DNA of 63,348 nt, counting the filler, from Octopus bimaculoides (lineage: Eukaryota), in the NCBI RefSeq assembly GCF_001194135.2. It is 4 parts of 4 records of this genome, joined end to end, with 100 filler letters (N's around TTAATTAATTAA, not from the genome) between each part and the next. Parts side by side here need not be neighbours in the genome. Positions count along the whole stretch, not along the records: positions 1 to 24,468 come from NC_068986.1; positions 24,569 to 45,519 come from NC_069000.1; 2 more parts are not named here. One strand, 5' to 3'. The notes under the pieces are model-generated. The model saw only the letters and a list, made by a program, of their open reading frames with translations. It was not told the DNA's origin and did no database searches. This document shows, piece by piece, positions 13,191 through 24,921 of this stretch; the first letter of the stretch is position 1; every line of letters begins with the position of its first letter. A program made the position numbers and the translations under genes.

Positions 13191-13712
13191 ACATACATAC
13201 ATACATACATACATACACACATACATAATAAAAAACCAGAATCACTTGCCCAAGGCACCACGTCGTTGGATCGAACCCCGAAGTCCGGTGGTTGCGAAAC
13301 GAGCTTTTTAACCACACAACTAGTGATGGAGTCTTGTTATGTAATTTCTAACAGTCGTACAATTTCTCGTGTATGGATAAGACATTAGGTGAAGACAAGA
13401 ATACTTAGAGCCGGCCTCATTAAAATTATCTTATTAAATACATCAATCCATAGGAAAAAGATTGCATACGAAATAACTGCAAAGAATGGAGCCTTGCCAA
13501 GCGTCAAGACGTTCGTTAAATTTAATCAAATGTAATTTTTGAAACTGCCAGTTCTAGAAGACTTATATTACATTTAATCTTTTAAAATAACTCATCAAAC
13601 GATTATAATCATTTGACGAGTTATTTTAAATTATTATTGATTACATGTTTCCTCGCCTTAGTTGCTCGCGACTTTTAATGTGCCATCAATAGAAAATAAC
13701 TGAGTGAGGGAG

Positions 13713-13810
13713 AGTATAATAGAATGAGAGCATAATAGACTGTGAGTATACTAGAATGATGGTATAATAGAATGAGAGTATAATGGAATTAAAGTATAAA
13801 AGAATGATAG
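13713..13810. repeat. 16-bp degenerate tandem repeat (GAGTATAATAGAATGA)
   Basis: About 6 imperfect units seen directly. Confidence 0.75.
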
Positions 13811-14050
13811 GAGTCAGATCTTGCATTAATAGCTCTTCTGCTGTAGGCAAAAGGCCAGTAGTTTTTAGAGTGGAACGTTAGTAAATATTATTGACCCAGT
13901 ACTTGATGGGTACTCTAGTTCCTGCTTCTTGTGTACTGAGTTCAAATCCCACTGAAGACAACTTTTCCTGGTGATAAAATATAGTACTTGTTATGTAGTA
14001 CCATATAGTCTTATATAGTCTTTTCAGGGTGATAAAATATAGTACTTGTT

Positions 14051-14272
14051 GGCGATCTTTCGTGTTGAGTACATTTTACGTCATTTTTAATCCACGTGCG
14101 TTTGTTTATGTTTCTGAACAAGATCGTCGCTTTCCGTAAAAGGGTTTTAGGGTTAGGGAATTCCGTCCCGAACTTTAACCGTTACTCTAACCTTAAAACC
14201 CTTTTACGGAAACCTAAACAAACGCACGTGGATTAGAAATGACGTAAAATGTACTCAAAACGAAAGATTGCC
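14051..14272. mobile_element. Palindromic MITE with 8-bp TSD (hAT-like TSD length)
   Basis: Near-perfect inverted arms of about 100 bp (GGCGATCTTTCG...CGAAAGATTGCC). TACTTGTT duplicated at 14043-14050 and 14273-14280. Confidence 0.85.
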
Positions 14273-14364
14273 TACTTGTTATGTACCGGAGTCTATGTAA
14301 TCGACTAACTCCCGACTAAAAGTGCTGACTTGTACCAAAAGTTTTAAATTATTGTTGCTGAATC

Positions 14365-14664
14365 TGCCCGAGATGCTTGCTGGGGAACGAAACTGTCTTG
14401 CATGCAATAATCCAATGTTCGTACGTTAGGGAGTTGTGGGACTGTGTGGAACAGCTGTCGTCGCGTATAAGACGAAGTTAGCTGTCTGCCGAGTGTATAG
14501 TAAAGATCGACGCACCACCTTCCCTTAGCAGAGAAGGAAGGCAGATCTTTGTCTTGGTGGCTGTGGCAAAAGAAGCGGTGTGGTGGACTCGTCTGAAAGG
14601 TTTGAAGACAGACACATTTCTGTCTGGTCAAGCCCTCATCAATTTCTTCAAATATCATTTGAAG
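14365..14664 (+). mobile_element. L1/Tx1-clade LINE ORF2 C-terminal (Cys/His-rich) fragment, pseudogenised
   Basis: Frame reads CPRCLLGNETVLHAIIQCSYVRELW...*...AKEAVWWTRLKG...GQALINFFKYHLK, the CxxC...ETxxH...C motif of L1-clade ORF2. One in-frame stop; truncated by a SINE. Confidence 0.75.
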
Positions 14665-14968
14665 TTGTTGTTGGCACTCCGTCGCTTACAACGCCGAGGG
14701 TTCCAGTTGATCCGATCAACGGAACAGCCTGCTCGTGAAATTAACGTGCAAGTGGCTGAGCACTCCACAGACACGTGTACCCTTAACGTAGTTCTCGTGG
14801 ATATTCAGCGTGACACAGTGTGACAAGGCTGACCCTTTGAATTACAGGCACAACAGAAACAGGAAGTAAGAGTGAGAGAAAGTTGTGGTGGAAGAGTACA
14901 GCAGGGTTCACCACCATCTCCTGCCGGAGCCTCGTGGAGCTTTAAGTGTTTTCGCTCAATAAACACTT
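14665..14968 (-). mobile_element. SINE family C copy (head lost in gap)
   Basis: Reverse complement closely matches 38106-38489. Confidence 0.9.
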
Positions 14969-15510
14969 NNNNNNNNNNNNNNNNNNNNNNNNNNNNNNNN
15001 NNNNNNNNNNNNNNNNNNNNNNNNNNNNNNNNNNNNNNNNNNNNNNNNNNNNNNNNNNNNNNNNNNNNNNNNNNNNNNNNNNNNNNNNNNNNNNNNNNNN
15101 NNNNNNNNNNNNNNNNNNNNNNNNNNNNNNNNNNNNNNNNNNNNNNNNNNNNNNNNNNNNNNNNNNNNNNNNNNNNNNNNNNNNNNNNNNNNNNNNNNNN
15201 NNNNNNNNNNNNNNNNNNNNNNNNNNNNNNNNNNNNNNNNNNNNNNNNNNNNNNNNNNNNNNNNNNNNNNNNNNNNNNNNNNNNNNNNNNNNNNNNNNNN
15301 NNNNNNNNNNNNNNNNNNNNNNNNNNNNNNNNNNNNNNNNNNNNNNNNNNNNNNNNNNNNNNNNNNNNNNNNNNNNNNNCTCCCCTTGATTGATGTTAAG
15401 CCCACATGTTTTTGCAATTTTTTTGTGCTGTGACTCGTCTTTCGATATTGTCCTCCATGTCTTGGGCCCAAGTGGCCAATAAAAGAAATCATCATCATTA
15501 TTAATATCAT

Positions 15511-15725
15511 TAAGGTGGCGAGCTGGCAGAATCGTTAGCACGTTGGACGAAATGCCTCGCGGTATTTCGCCCGTCGCTCTGTTCTGTGTTCAAAATCCGC
15601 CGAGGTCGACTTTGCCTTTCATCCTTTCGGGGTCGATAAATTAAGTACCAGTTGGTTACTGGGGTCGATCTAATCAACCAGTCCCCTCCCCACAAATTTG
15701 AGGCCTTGTGCTTCCAGTAAAAAGG

Positions 15726-15758
<33 letters not shown>

Positions 15759-16205
15759 ATTAAGTCGGCGAACTGGCTGAATGACGCTGGACAAAATGCT
15801 CAGCGACTTTTCGTTCGTCTTTACGTTCCGAGTTCAAATTCCGCCGAGGTCAACTTTGTCTTTCATCCTGTAAGGGTCGATAAAATAAGTACCAGTTGAG
15901 CACGAGGGTCGATGTAACCGACTTACTCCTTCCCCCGAAATTGGTGGCCCTGGGCCAAAATTTGAAAACATTGTTATTCGGGTAAGTGAATCAACAGAAT
16001 CGTTAGAGCGTCGGATAAAATACCCTGTGGTATTTGTTTTGGTTCTTTATGCTCTGAGTTCAAATCATGCCGAGGTCAACTGGGTCTTTTATACTTTCGG
16101 GGCTGCTAAAATAATATAGCAGTCTAGAACTAGTTGTAGACAAAGGTATAGACTAAGCTCCCCTCCTCTCAGAATTTCTTGCCTCGTGGCTAAATTAGAA
16201 ACCAT
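15511..16205 (+). mobile_element. Three head-to-tail SINE family B copies
   Basis: Units start at about 15511, 15761 and 15980, separated by (TTA)n-type tails. Confidence 0.85.
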
Positions 16206-16435
16206 TATCATTACCTCCATATTTGAGAAACAAGAAATATGTTTTTTAGAAACTCTGTGCTAAATTTAGTTTGGAATTAAAACACATCCTGTAATTCTTT
16301 GCTGGTATCTCTAACAATATCTGAGATGAATTAATGGCTGTCATTGTTTTCAAAATAATTACAGTAAACTGAAATGGAATGCTTTTTTCTTAACAGTTGA
16401 ATATGTTTACATTGAAAGACTGACCTAAAACGAAA

Positions 16436-16473
<38 letters not shown>

Positions 16474-17371
16474 NNNNNNNNNNNNNNNNNNNNNNNNNNN
16501 NNNNNNNNNNNNNNNNNNNNNNNNNNNNNNNNNNNNNNNNNNNNNNNNNNNNNNNNNNNNNNNNNNNNNNNNNNNNNNNNNNNNNNNNNNNNNNNNNNNN
16601 NNNNNNNNNNNNNNNNNNNNNNNNNNNNNNNNNNNNNNNNNNNNNNNNNNNNNNNNNNNNNNNNNNNNNNNNNNNNNNNNNNNNNNNNNNNNNNNNNNNN
16701 NNNNNNNNNNNNNNNNNNNNNNNNNNNNNNNNNNNNNNNNNNNNNNNNNNNNNNNNNNNNNNNNNNNNNNNNNNNNNNNNNNNNNNNNNNNNNNNNNNNN
16801 NNNNNNNNNNNNNNNNNNNNNNNNNNNNNNNNNNNNNNNNNNNNNNNNNNNNNNNNNNNNNNNNNNNNNNNNNNNNNNNNNNNNNNNNNNNNNNNNNNNN
16901 NNNNNNNNNNNNNNNNNNNNNNNNNNNNNNNNNNNNNNNNNNNNNNNNNNNNNNNNNNNNNNNNNNNNNNNNNNNNNNNNNNNNNNNNNNNNNNNNNNNN
17001 NNNNNNNNNNNNNNNNNNNNNNNNNNNNNNNNNNNNNNNNNNNNNNNNNNNNNNNNNNNNNNNNNNNNNNNNNNNNNNNNNNNNNNNNNNNNNNNNNNNN
17101 NNNNNNNNNNNNNNNNNNNNNNNNNNNNNNNNNNNNNNNNNNNNNNNNNNNNNNNNNNNNNNNNNNNNNNNNNNNNNNNNNNNNNNNNNNNNNNNNNNNN
17201 NNNNNNNNNNNNNNNNNNNNNNNNNNNNNNNNNNNNNNNNNNNNNNNNNNNNNNNNNNNNNNNNNNNNNNNNNNNNNNNNNNNNNNNNNNNNNNNNNNNN
17301 NNNNNNNNNNNNNNNNNNNNNNNNNNNNNNNNNNNNNNNNNNNNNNNNNNNNNNNNNNNNNNNNNNNNNNN

Positions 17372-17412
<41 letters not shown>

Positions 17413-17792
17413 CAGGCTATTTAGACTGGTGATTGCGTTATAATTCTCTCTCTTGATTGAAGTGGTTCTGTCGAGGTCTCTTGAAATTTCTGAAGTGTTC
17501 TTGCTTTGTTCATTGATGTGTGAGAGTATTGCGATGAAGACTGACAAGAGTATTCAGAAGAATGTTACATTGGTAGAGCAAAAACAGAAATTATGCCTGA
17601 ACAGTAGTTATGGTAGTTAACTAGGTGAGTTGTGTGGGTGCTTTGAACGTGGGCTGTTTAAGATCTGAAGAGAGTCAAAATATGATGCTATTATGTCTCT
17701 TCTTGGACGGGGGTGATTAATAAGAAAATACTCATTGTACTTCCTGTATTTTATGTTTCGTTTTACTGTGTTTTGAACTGTTTAAGAGAATA

Positions 17793-18079
17793 CAGTTCTA
17801 TATTTAAGAGATGAGGCATTTTGTACATTATTTACATTATTTACATTTGATGGATATTTGTCCTCATCTTGTTTGTTGCTGATATACCCTCCAGCCTTCA
17901 TCAGGTGTCTTGGGGAAATTTCGAACCTGGGTTCTCATTCCTAAGGTATTTTTCGATGTTATTATTATTATTATTATTATTCAGGTCACTGCCTGGAATC
18001 GAATTCGGAATCTTTGGGTTAGCAGCCCACGCTCTTAACCACTATGCCATATGCCCGTGGGCATAAATAATGTGAATAA
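17793..18079 (-). mobile_element. SINE family D (tRNA head-(TAA)n-hammerhead region) with 14-bp TSD
   Basis: TSD TGTTTAAGAGAATA at 17779-17792 and 18080-18093. Boxes A and B present. A 17-nt deletion removes the GAAAC half of the HHR relative to the 42341 copy. Confidence 0.85.
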
Positions 18080-18269
18080 TGTTTAAGAGAATATTTGGTG
18101 CTTTGGTTCTTTGGGATGTCTGTTGTATATGAATAAAATTTTTACTGGGATGTTCCAAAGTATTCAACGATACTGTTGTACGTCTGCACTTAAACCATTC
18201 ATTTCAGATCCAAAATAATTATATGTTGGCACCAAAAGGTAAAATATTTCATTATATGTAACACTTGTC

Positions 18270-18645
18270 TTCCGGTTAAACGTTCTAAGTTCAAATACTG
18301 CCGAGGTTGACTTTGCTATTCATCTTTTCAGGATCGATAAAATAAAATACCTGTTAAATTTGGGGTCGATGTAATCGACTCGCACCCTCTTCTAAAAAAT
18401 GCTGAATGCTGACCTTATACCAAAAATGAGAAAAAAGCAAACATTAAGGCGGCGAGCAGGCGGAATCGTTTCTACGTCGGATAAAATACTGAGCGGCATT
18501 TCTTCTGGCTCTTAACGTCCTGAGTTCAAATCTTGCCGAAGTCAACTTTACTTCTTGTCCCTTCGAGGTCAATAAAAAAAAAGTAGCAGTGAAGTACTGG
18601 GGTCGATGCAATTTACTCCTTTCCTTCAAAAATTACAAGCCTTGA
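18270..18645 (+). mobile_element. Two degraded tandem SINE family B copies
   Basis: B-box, central block and GGGGTCGATG(C/T)AAT motifs each repeated twice. Confidence 0.75.
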
Positions 18646-20151
18646 ATACTGCAACAGACCGGCGTCTCGATCATGAGAAATGTTGTGATCCTGGCCAAGG
18701 AAATAGGGGCTGCCGGCCTTATTAGTGCTAGGGCTCGAGTAAAAAAAAAACAAGAAAACAAACGTTGCTATTTATAACTTATACATTATTTCCTGATTTA
18801 TTGCGTCGATTTCCATTTCTGCAACGGAATGTAAATTGTGATGTGGAAGTACGTAGTGTGACAGAAATAACGGAAAATACTATTTTTAGTGATGAGTAAC
18901 GTAAACAAAGAAACAAAACAACAAGAAACAACAAAACTAAGCTAAGAGTACATCGATCTCAAGATGCTGCTCTGTTTCAATTTTCTATCACTAATACCCT
19001 TAAGAAATGATGTGAACGTCACAGGATACCATTTTCTTCACCTAAAAATAAAGTCATATGTACAAATATAATGATTACATACCAATGTTACAACAAAGGC
19101 TGCAAGTAAAATGTCGCTCTTACAAAATGTTTGTTAGTCTTGTAAAACTGCAAATCGGCTGTTTTAAAAAAGACAGATAGAAAAATAACTAAACACATGC
19201 AAAGTTTAAATTTACAAAAAAAAAAACGAAAACAAAAGCAGGATCTGAATACAAATGACTTCCGGGAGACCAAGTCGGGTTGCTATTTTTAATCACGTTG
19301 GAATTCTTAAATTGGAAAGAAAATTAGATATTGATTAGAGAAAGATCAATTTGAAAATAAAAAAATGAAAATCAAGAAAATTTCGTTCAAAACCAGCGTC
19401 TCTTTTATTCTATTATATTTATTACATTAAGGCGGCGAGCTGTCAGGATTATTAGCACGCCGGACAAAACACTCAGCAGCATTTCGTCCGTCTTTACGTT
19501 CTGAGTTCAAACTCCGCCGNNNNNNNNNNNNNNNNNNNNNNNNNNNNNNNNNNNNNNNNNNNNNNNNNNNNNNNNNNNNNNNNNNNNNNNNNNNNNNNNN
19601 NNNNNNNNNNNNNNNNNNNNNNNNNNNNNNNNNNNNNNNNNNNNNNNNNNNNNNNNNNNNNNNNNNNNNNNNNNNNNNNNNNNNNNNNNNNNNNNNNNNN
19701 NNNNNNNNNNNNNNNNNNNNNNNNNNNNNNNNNNNNNNNNNNNNNNNNNNNNNNNNNNNNNNNNNNNNNNNNNNNNNNNNNNNNNNNNNNNNNNNNNNNN
19801 NNNNNNNNNNNNNNNNNNNNNNNNNNNNNNNNNNNNNNNNNNNNNNNNNNNNNNNNNNNNNNNNNNNNNNNNNNNNNNNNNNNNNNNNNNNNNNNNNNNN
19901 NNNNNNNNNNNNNNNNNNNNNNNNNNNNNNNNNNNNNNNNNNNNNNNNNNNNNNNNNNNNNNNNNNNNNNNNNNNNNNNNNNNNNNNNNNNNNNNNNNNN
20001 NNNNNNNNNNNNNNNNNNNNNNNNNNNNNNNNNNNNNNNNNNNNNNNNNNNNNNNNNNNNNNNNNNNNNNNNNNNNNNNNNNCTTAGCATTCTGAATTCA
20101 AATCCCGACGAGATCGACTTTACCTTTCATCGTTTCGGTTCTCCATCTTTA

Positions 20152-20492
20152 GACAGCGGCCATGCTGGGGCACCGCTTTGAAGAATTTTGAGTCGAATGA
20201 ATCGACCGCAGTATTTTTGTTTTAGCCTAATACTTATTCTACCGGACTCTTTTGCTGAACCACTAAGTTACGGTGATGTAAACACAACACCGGTCGTCAA
20301 GCAGTGGGGGGGGGACAAACAGGGATACAAAGGGACCCCCACACATACACACACACTAAATCCACTCACAAGCCTTTGGCTGGCCTGAGACTATAGTAGA
20401 AGACACTGTCCAAAGATAGCACGCAGTGTGACTGAACCCGGAACCATGAGGTTGGGAAGCAAGCTTCTTACTACATACCCACGCCTGCGCCT
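20152..20492 (-). mobile_element. SINE family A, bipartite copy
   Basis: 3' module at about 20152-20340, short CA spacer, 5' tRNA/CORE module at about 20355-20492. Confidence 0.8.
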
Positions 20493-20995
20493 ATCAGGTA
20501 CCCTTAACATAATTCTCCGGTAGAATCAGTGTGACACGAAATGTGACAAGGATCTTGTGACACGGAATGTGACGTGCAATCCACCTGGCGGGCTTCTATA
20601 CAATTTCCCCTGCCCGAGGCTATAGAAAATAACAATCTGTCCAAGATGCCACTCAGTATGATCGACCTCGAGACCTCGCGGCTGCGAAACGAACTTCTTC
20701 ACCATTCGGCCATCTAAACCTCGTATAAACTAAGATGTCTGAAATGTTGAGGCATTTTCCAACGGAACCGTTTAACGTCAGACATTATTCACTGAAATAA
20801 ATTACTCTACACATTTCCATTTTATTACACAAGTCTTGAAACAAAAAACAAATATTTTCCTCAGAATTTCTGTAGTTTCTATAATTTTTTCATGTATATT
20901 TTCTTTTGCTTATCCCTAAATTTTGTATTGCCTTTTCTTCATACACCACTTCTTTTATTTGATAACCCCAACTCTTCTCCCACCCATTCTCTCTC

Positions 20996-21033
<38 letters not shown>

Positions 21034-21214
21034 TCTCTGACCCACTCTCTCTATCTCCCTCTCTCTCTCTCTCTCTCTTTATCCCTCTCTCTCTGTTATT
21101 GTAAGTGCGCTTGTGTATTTCTCATTTCTTTTCGAAATAGGTGGATACATGTCTAGTTCGTACGCATACTCATAGACTGTAATATAAATAGAGATGCGTA
21201 GGTAGATAGATATT

Positions 21215-21271
<57 letters not shown>

Positions 21272-21855
21272 CGGCTGGTGCATAGATATAAGTTGACTAG
21301 CATACATATGTAGGCGAAAAGTGTACAGAAGCTCGTCATTCACACATGTGTCATTGTGTTTATCCGTGCATATGTTGGTGTTTAAGTTTTAAATCCGATA
21401 TCTTAGCCGGACATAAGCTTGACTGTCTTACTGATTATGTAGCAACATCAACAGCAAAGAATATTCACCTCAACAATTAATTACATACTACTTCTGTATT
21501 GAGTATTTTCCTCTTATTTGTATACTCAAACATATACATCCACGCATACATTCATGTGTAGGGCACAGGATATCCGTCGTTCGACATTGCGAGAATTCAG
21601 TTGTTCTATCGACGGAGATACCTGCTCCTGTATTGAACGCTGTAAGTGACAGAGCATCTTACAGTCACGTGTGCCATTAGAGATATGGTGTGTAATAAAG
21701 CTGTACCTCTTGAATTACAAGCATAGTCCATTCGACGGGCTTCTACACAGTTTCTGCCGACACTGTTTCATTACAATGTTTGGGTCAACCTGAGACTAGA
21801 GAAAATGACATTTGCCCATAGAGACTGATGTTGGGCTGCGTCGGCAAGACTTACG

Positions 21856-22104
21856 TAGAAAAATCGATAAAAAGCGTAGAGTGAACGTGGAAAATCTAAC
21901 GTTTCGGACAAAGTGCTCTTCTCCAGAAAAATTTGAAAAGAGAGAAATAAATGAGAGACAGCAAAGCTGTACATTCAAATACAACTCTGATGTCTCATTA
22001 ATTTCTCTCCCTTCAAGTTTTCCTTGAAGAAGGGTACTTTGTCCGAAACGTTTGATTTTCCACACCTTACAGCAATTTCGCTCAATGCTTTTTATCAATT
22101 TTAC
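21856..22104. mobile_element. Fold-back element, about 105-bp arms each carrying a degenerate HHR motif
   Basis: Arms 21856-21960 and 21991-22104 are imperfect reverse complements. Each contains (C/T)TG(G/A)AGA-AG(A/G)G..TCC-GAAACGTT. Confidence 0.7.
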
Positions 22105-22725
22105 TATATTTTACACATACACACACACATACACACACACACACACACATACACACAGACACACACACACATACATATACACACATACATATATTAATGT
22201 TTGTTTTCATATTTAGTTATAATAAAAATTTTACATTAATCTAAGGGATTAGACGATGGCTTAACTGACCGAAACTTCGAAATCACTATCAACAATATTC
22301 TTGTTTAAGAAATATATATAAATACACACACGCACACACATAAATATAAAGCGTATTTCAGAACCCTTTAAGCATGAAACGTGCTTTTGGTATTTTAAGC
22401 TTTTTTAATATATATTGAGGCAAGTTCCTTCTTCGGTGGTTAGCTATTGCTTTCATTATCCAATTTTTAAATATTTCTAAATAGGTGGTGTTTTATATAG
22501 ACGTCATATTATTTTTTCATTTGTCAATCTGACGATTGTTCTGTCACCATATAGCGATTAGGGCCAGCTCCATGTGAGAAGGGGGTGGAGTAATCTGAAG
22601 AATCAGGAATTCTCACAAGTTGATATACCGTAAAGGAAGAGTACATGCTTACTATTTAGAGATAGGACAGTCGTGGACACGTGTTTCTGGCTCTATAGCC
22701 GTCTTCAGCACAACAATTGTCCAAC

Positions 22726-22818
22726 CTTATCTCCAGGACTTAAACTTATATCAAAGCAGCTTATCTCCAGGACTTAAACTTTTATCAAAGCAGCTTATCT
22801 CCAGGACTTATATCAAAA
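22726..22818. repeat. 34-bp tandem repeat, about 2.7 copies
   Basis: Units of CTTATCTCCAGGACTTAAACTT(A/T)TATCAAAGCAG. Confidence 0.9.
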
Positions 22819-22856
22819 GTACAACTTGTCACTTCTTTCTATTGATCATTGTCGTG

Positions 22857-23419
22857 TTATCATACCTCATTGGCTGGTAATAATATCTCATTGGCTGGTT
22901 ATCATATCTCATTGGCTGGTTATCATACCTCATTGGCTGGTTATCATATCTCATTGGCTGGTTATCATATCTCATTGGCNNNNNNNNNNCTCATTGGCTG
23001 GTTATCATATCTCATTGGCTGGTTATCATACCTCATTGGCTGGTTATCATATCTCATTGGCTGGTTATCATATCTCATTGGCTTGTTATCATACCGCATT
23101 GGCTGGTTATCATATCTCATTGGCTGGTTATCATACCTCATTGGCTGGTTATCATACCTCATTGGCTGGTTATCATATCTCATTGGCTGGTTATCATACC
23201 TCATCGGCTGGTTATCATACCTCATTGGCTGGTTATCATATCTCATTGGCTGGTTATCATACCTCATTGGCTGGTTATCATAACTCATTGGCTGGTTATC
23301 ATATCTCATTGGCTGGTTATCATACCTCATTGGCTGGTTATCATATCTCATTGGCTGGTTATCATATCTCATTGGCTGGTTATCATATCTCATTGGCTGG
23401 TTATCATATCTCATTGGCT
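22857..23419. repeat. 21-bp minisatellite (TTATCATA(T/C)CTCATTGGCTGG), about 26 units, with a 10-N gap inside
   Basis: Seen directly; explains the MRYDNQP / SLAGYHI repeat ORFs. Confidence 0.97.
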
Positions 23420-23599
23420 CACTAGTGAGTGAGGTGATGTGACATACAATAAGTGACTTCTATTTCATTACTTCGGAGAAGAGATTTGTGTAAGAGACGA
23501 TGTGAAATATAAAGTACTCAAGGAGTGCATCGTGGGTGATGAGAGGAAGAGCTAGTATTGTTTTCGGTTACATACATATAATATACTTGCATATGTTTC

Positions 23600-24250
23600 A
23601 TTATAAGGATTACACTTCTTTTCCCCTTCACTCTCTCTTATCCACACCTTTCCTTCCTCTCCCACTCCCTCTCTTTCCTTTTTCTCATTCTCCCTACCTT
23701 TACATCTCTCTTTCCCCCCACCCCACCCCTCTCTCTCTCTCTCTCTCTCAATCTTTCGGATTTTCCTAAGTAACGTCTCTTTCTTCCTCATTTATTTTTT
23801 TTTTTACTTTTGCTCGTTTAATTATCTCTGTCTCAGTTCACTTCCACACACTTTCTTTCTCTTTTTCCCCCTTTCTCTCCTTCTCTCTTCCTCTCCATTT
23901 CTTTCCCCGCCCCTCCTCATCCCTTTCCCTCTCTCCCTCTTTCTCTCCCTTTCTCCTACCCTTCTTTCTCTCTCTCTCTCTTCCTCTCTTTCTCTCTTCC
24001 CGCCAATCTCTCTACTTTACCATATCCTTCTCCATCCTTCTACTCTTTACCCCCTCACATTTCATTAAGAACCACTTGTTTTATTCTCTCTTTCTAGCGG
24101 TTAACTCTCTCCATTTTCAACTCTCCTTAGCGTTTCCCATTCTAAAAGCGTTTCTCACTCACTTTCTTTTCCTCTTTCTCCTCGCCATCTTTTTTTCTCT
24201 GTCTTTTTCTCTTTTACTCCTCCGTAATTTCTATTGTATTGTTCACCCAC
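23600..24250. repeat. Polypyrimidine (CT-rich) low-complexity tract
   Basis: Strong C/T strand skew seen directly. Confidence 0.8.
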
Positions 24251-24431
24251 TCTCATCTTCTTCTCCCTTCCTTGTGAAAAAAAATCTACTTCAGAATCTC
24301 TTTTGCAAATAATATATGTGCGCACACACATACATATGTACATACGTATACATATGTATGTCTATATATGTTAGTGTATGTATATTATATATACAAGTGT
24401 GTCTGGGTGTATGTGTGTGTAGGCATATATG

Positions 24432-24468
<37 letters not shown>

Positions 24469-24568
24469 NNNNNNNNNNNNNNNNNNNNNNNNNNNNNNNN
24501 NNNNNNNNNNNNTTAATTAATTAANNNNNNNNNNNNNNNNNNNNNNNNNNNNNNNNNNNNNNNNNNNN
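24469..24568. other. Artificial 100-bp scaffold join (N44-TTAATTAATTAA-N44)
   Basis: Identical construct at 45520-45619 and 55250-55349. The linker gives TAA in all six frames. Confidence 0.95.
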
Positions 24569-24606
<38 letters not shown>

Positions 24607-24921
24607 GATCAGCTCACCTACAAACATTGTGATAGCAGTAGTAGTGATAAAAGTGGTGGTATACTGATGATGGTAGTAGAGTTGTGGGGGTGTTGATCTA
24701 GTGATGACAAAATGAACGGTGGGTGGAAACGGAATACTTGCTGCTGGTATTTATGTGAATGGAATATACTTTGGTGAAATATTGGGAAATATGGGAATTG
24801 TGCTCACACTTATATTCAAAAGAGTAGTATGCATACTCACATATACATGCATATACATATGTATATATACACATATTTGTGTGTGTTTATATGTAAGCAT
24901 GCATATATATATATATATATA

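Noticed and set aside
19083-19158. Possible minus-strand exon with a good GTATGT donor
   Set aside because: Stops in all three frames.
22245-22285. Further HHR-like motifs (AGACGA-TGG...CC-GAAAC here; also near 30959, 50323 and 51200)
   Set aside because: The core or stems are too degenerate to draw a complete hammerhead.
22857-23419. CRISPR-like array
   Set aside because: Contiguous tandem units with no unique spacers, in a eukaryotic context.
22826-23425. MRYDNQP / SLAGYHI heptapeptide-repeat ORFs as a repeat protein
   Set aside because: Several frames on both strands are open simply because the 21-bp unit lacks stops in them. There is no unique flanking coding sequence or splice evidence.
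24513-24524. TTAATTAATTAA as a biological motif
   Set aside because: Always centred in exactly 44+44 Ns; a pipeline linker.
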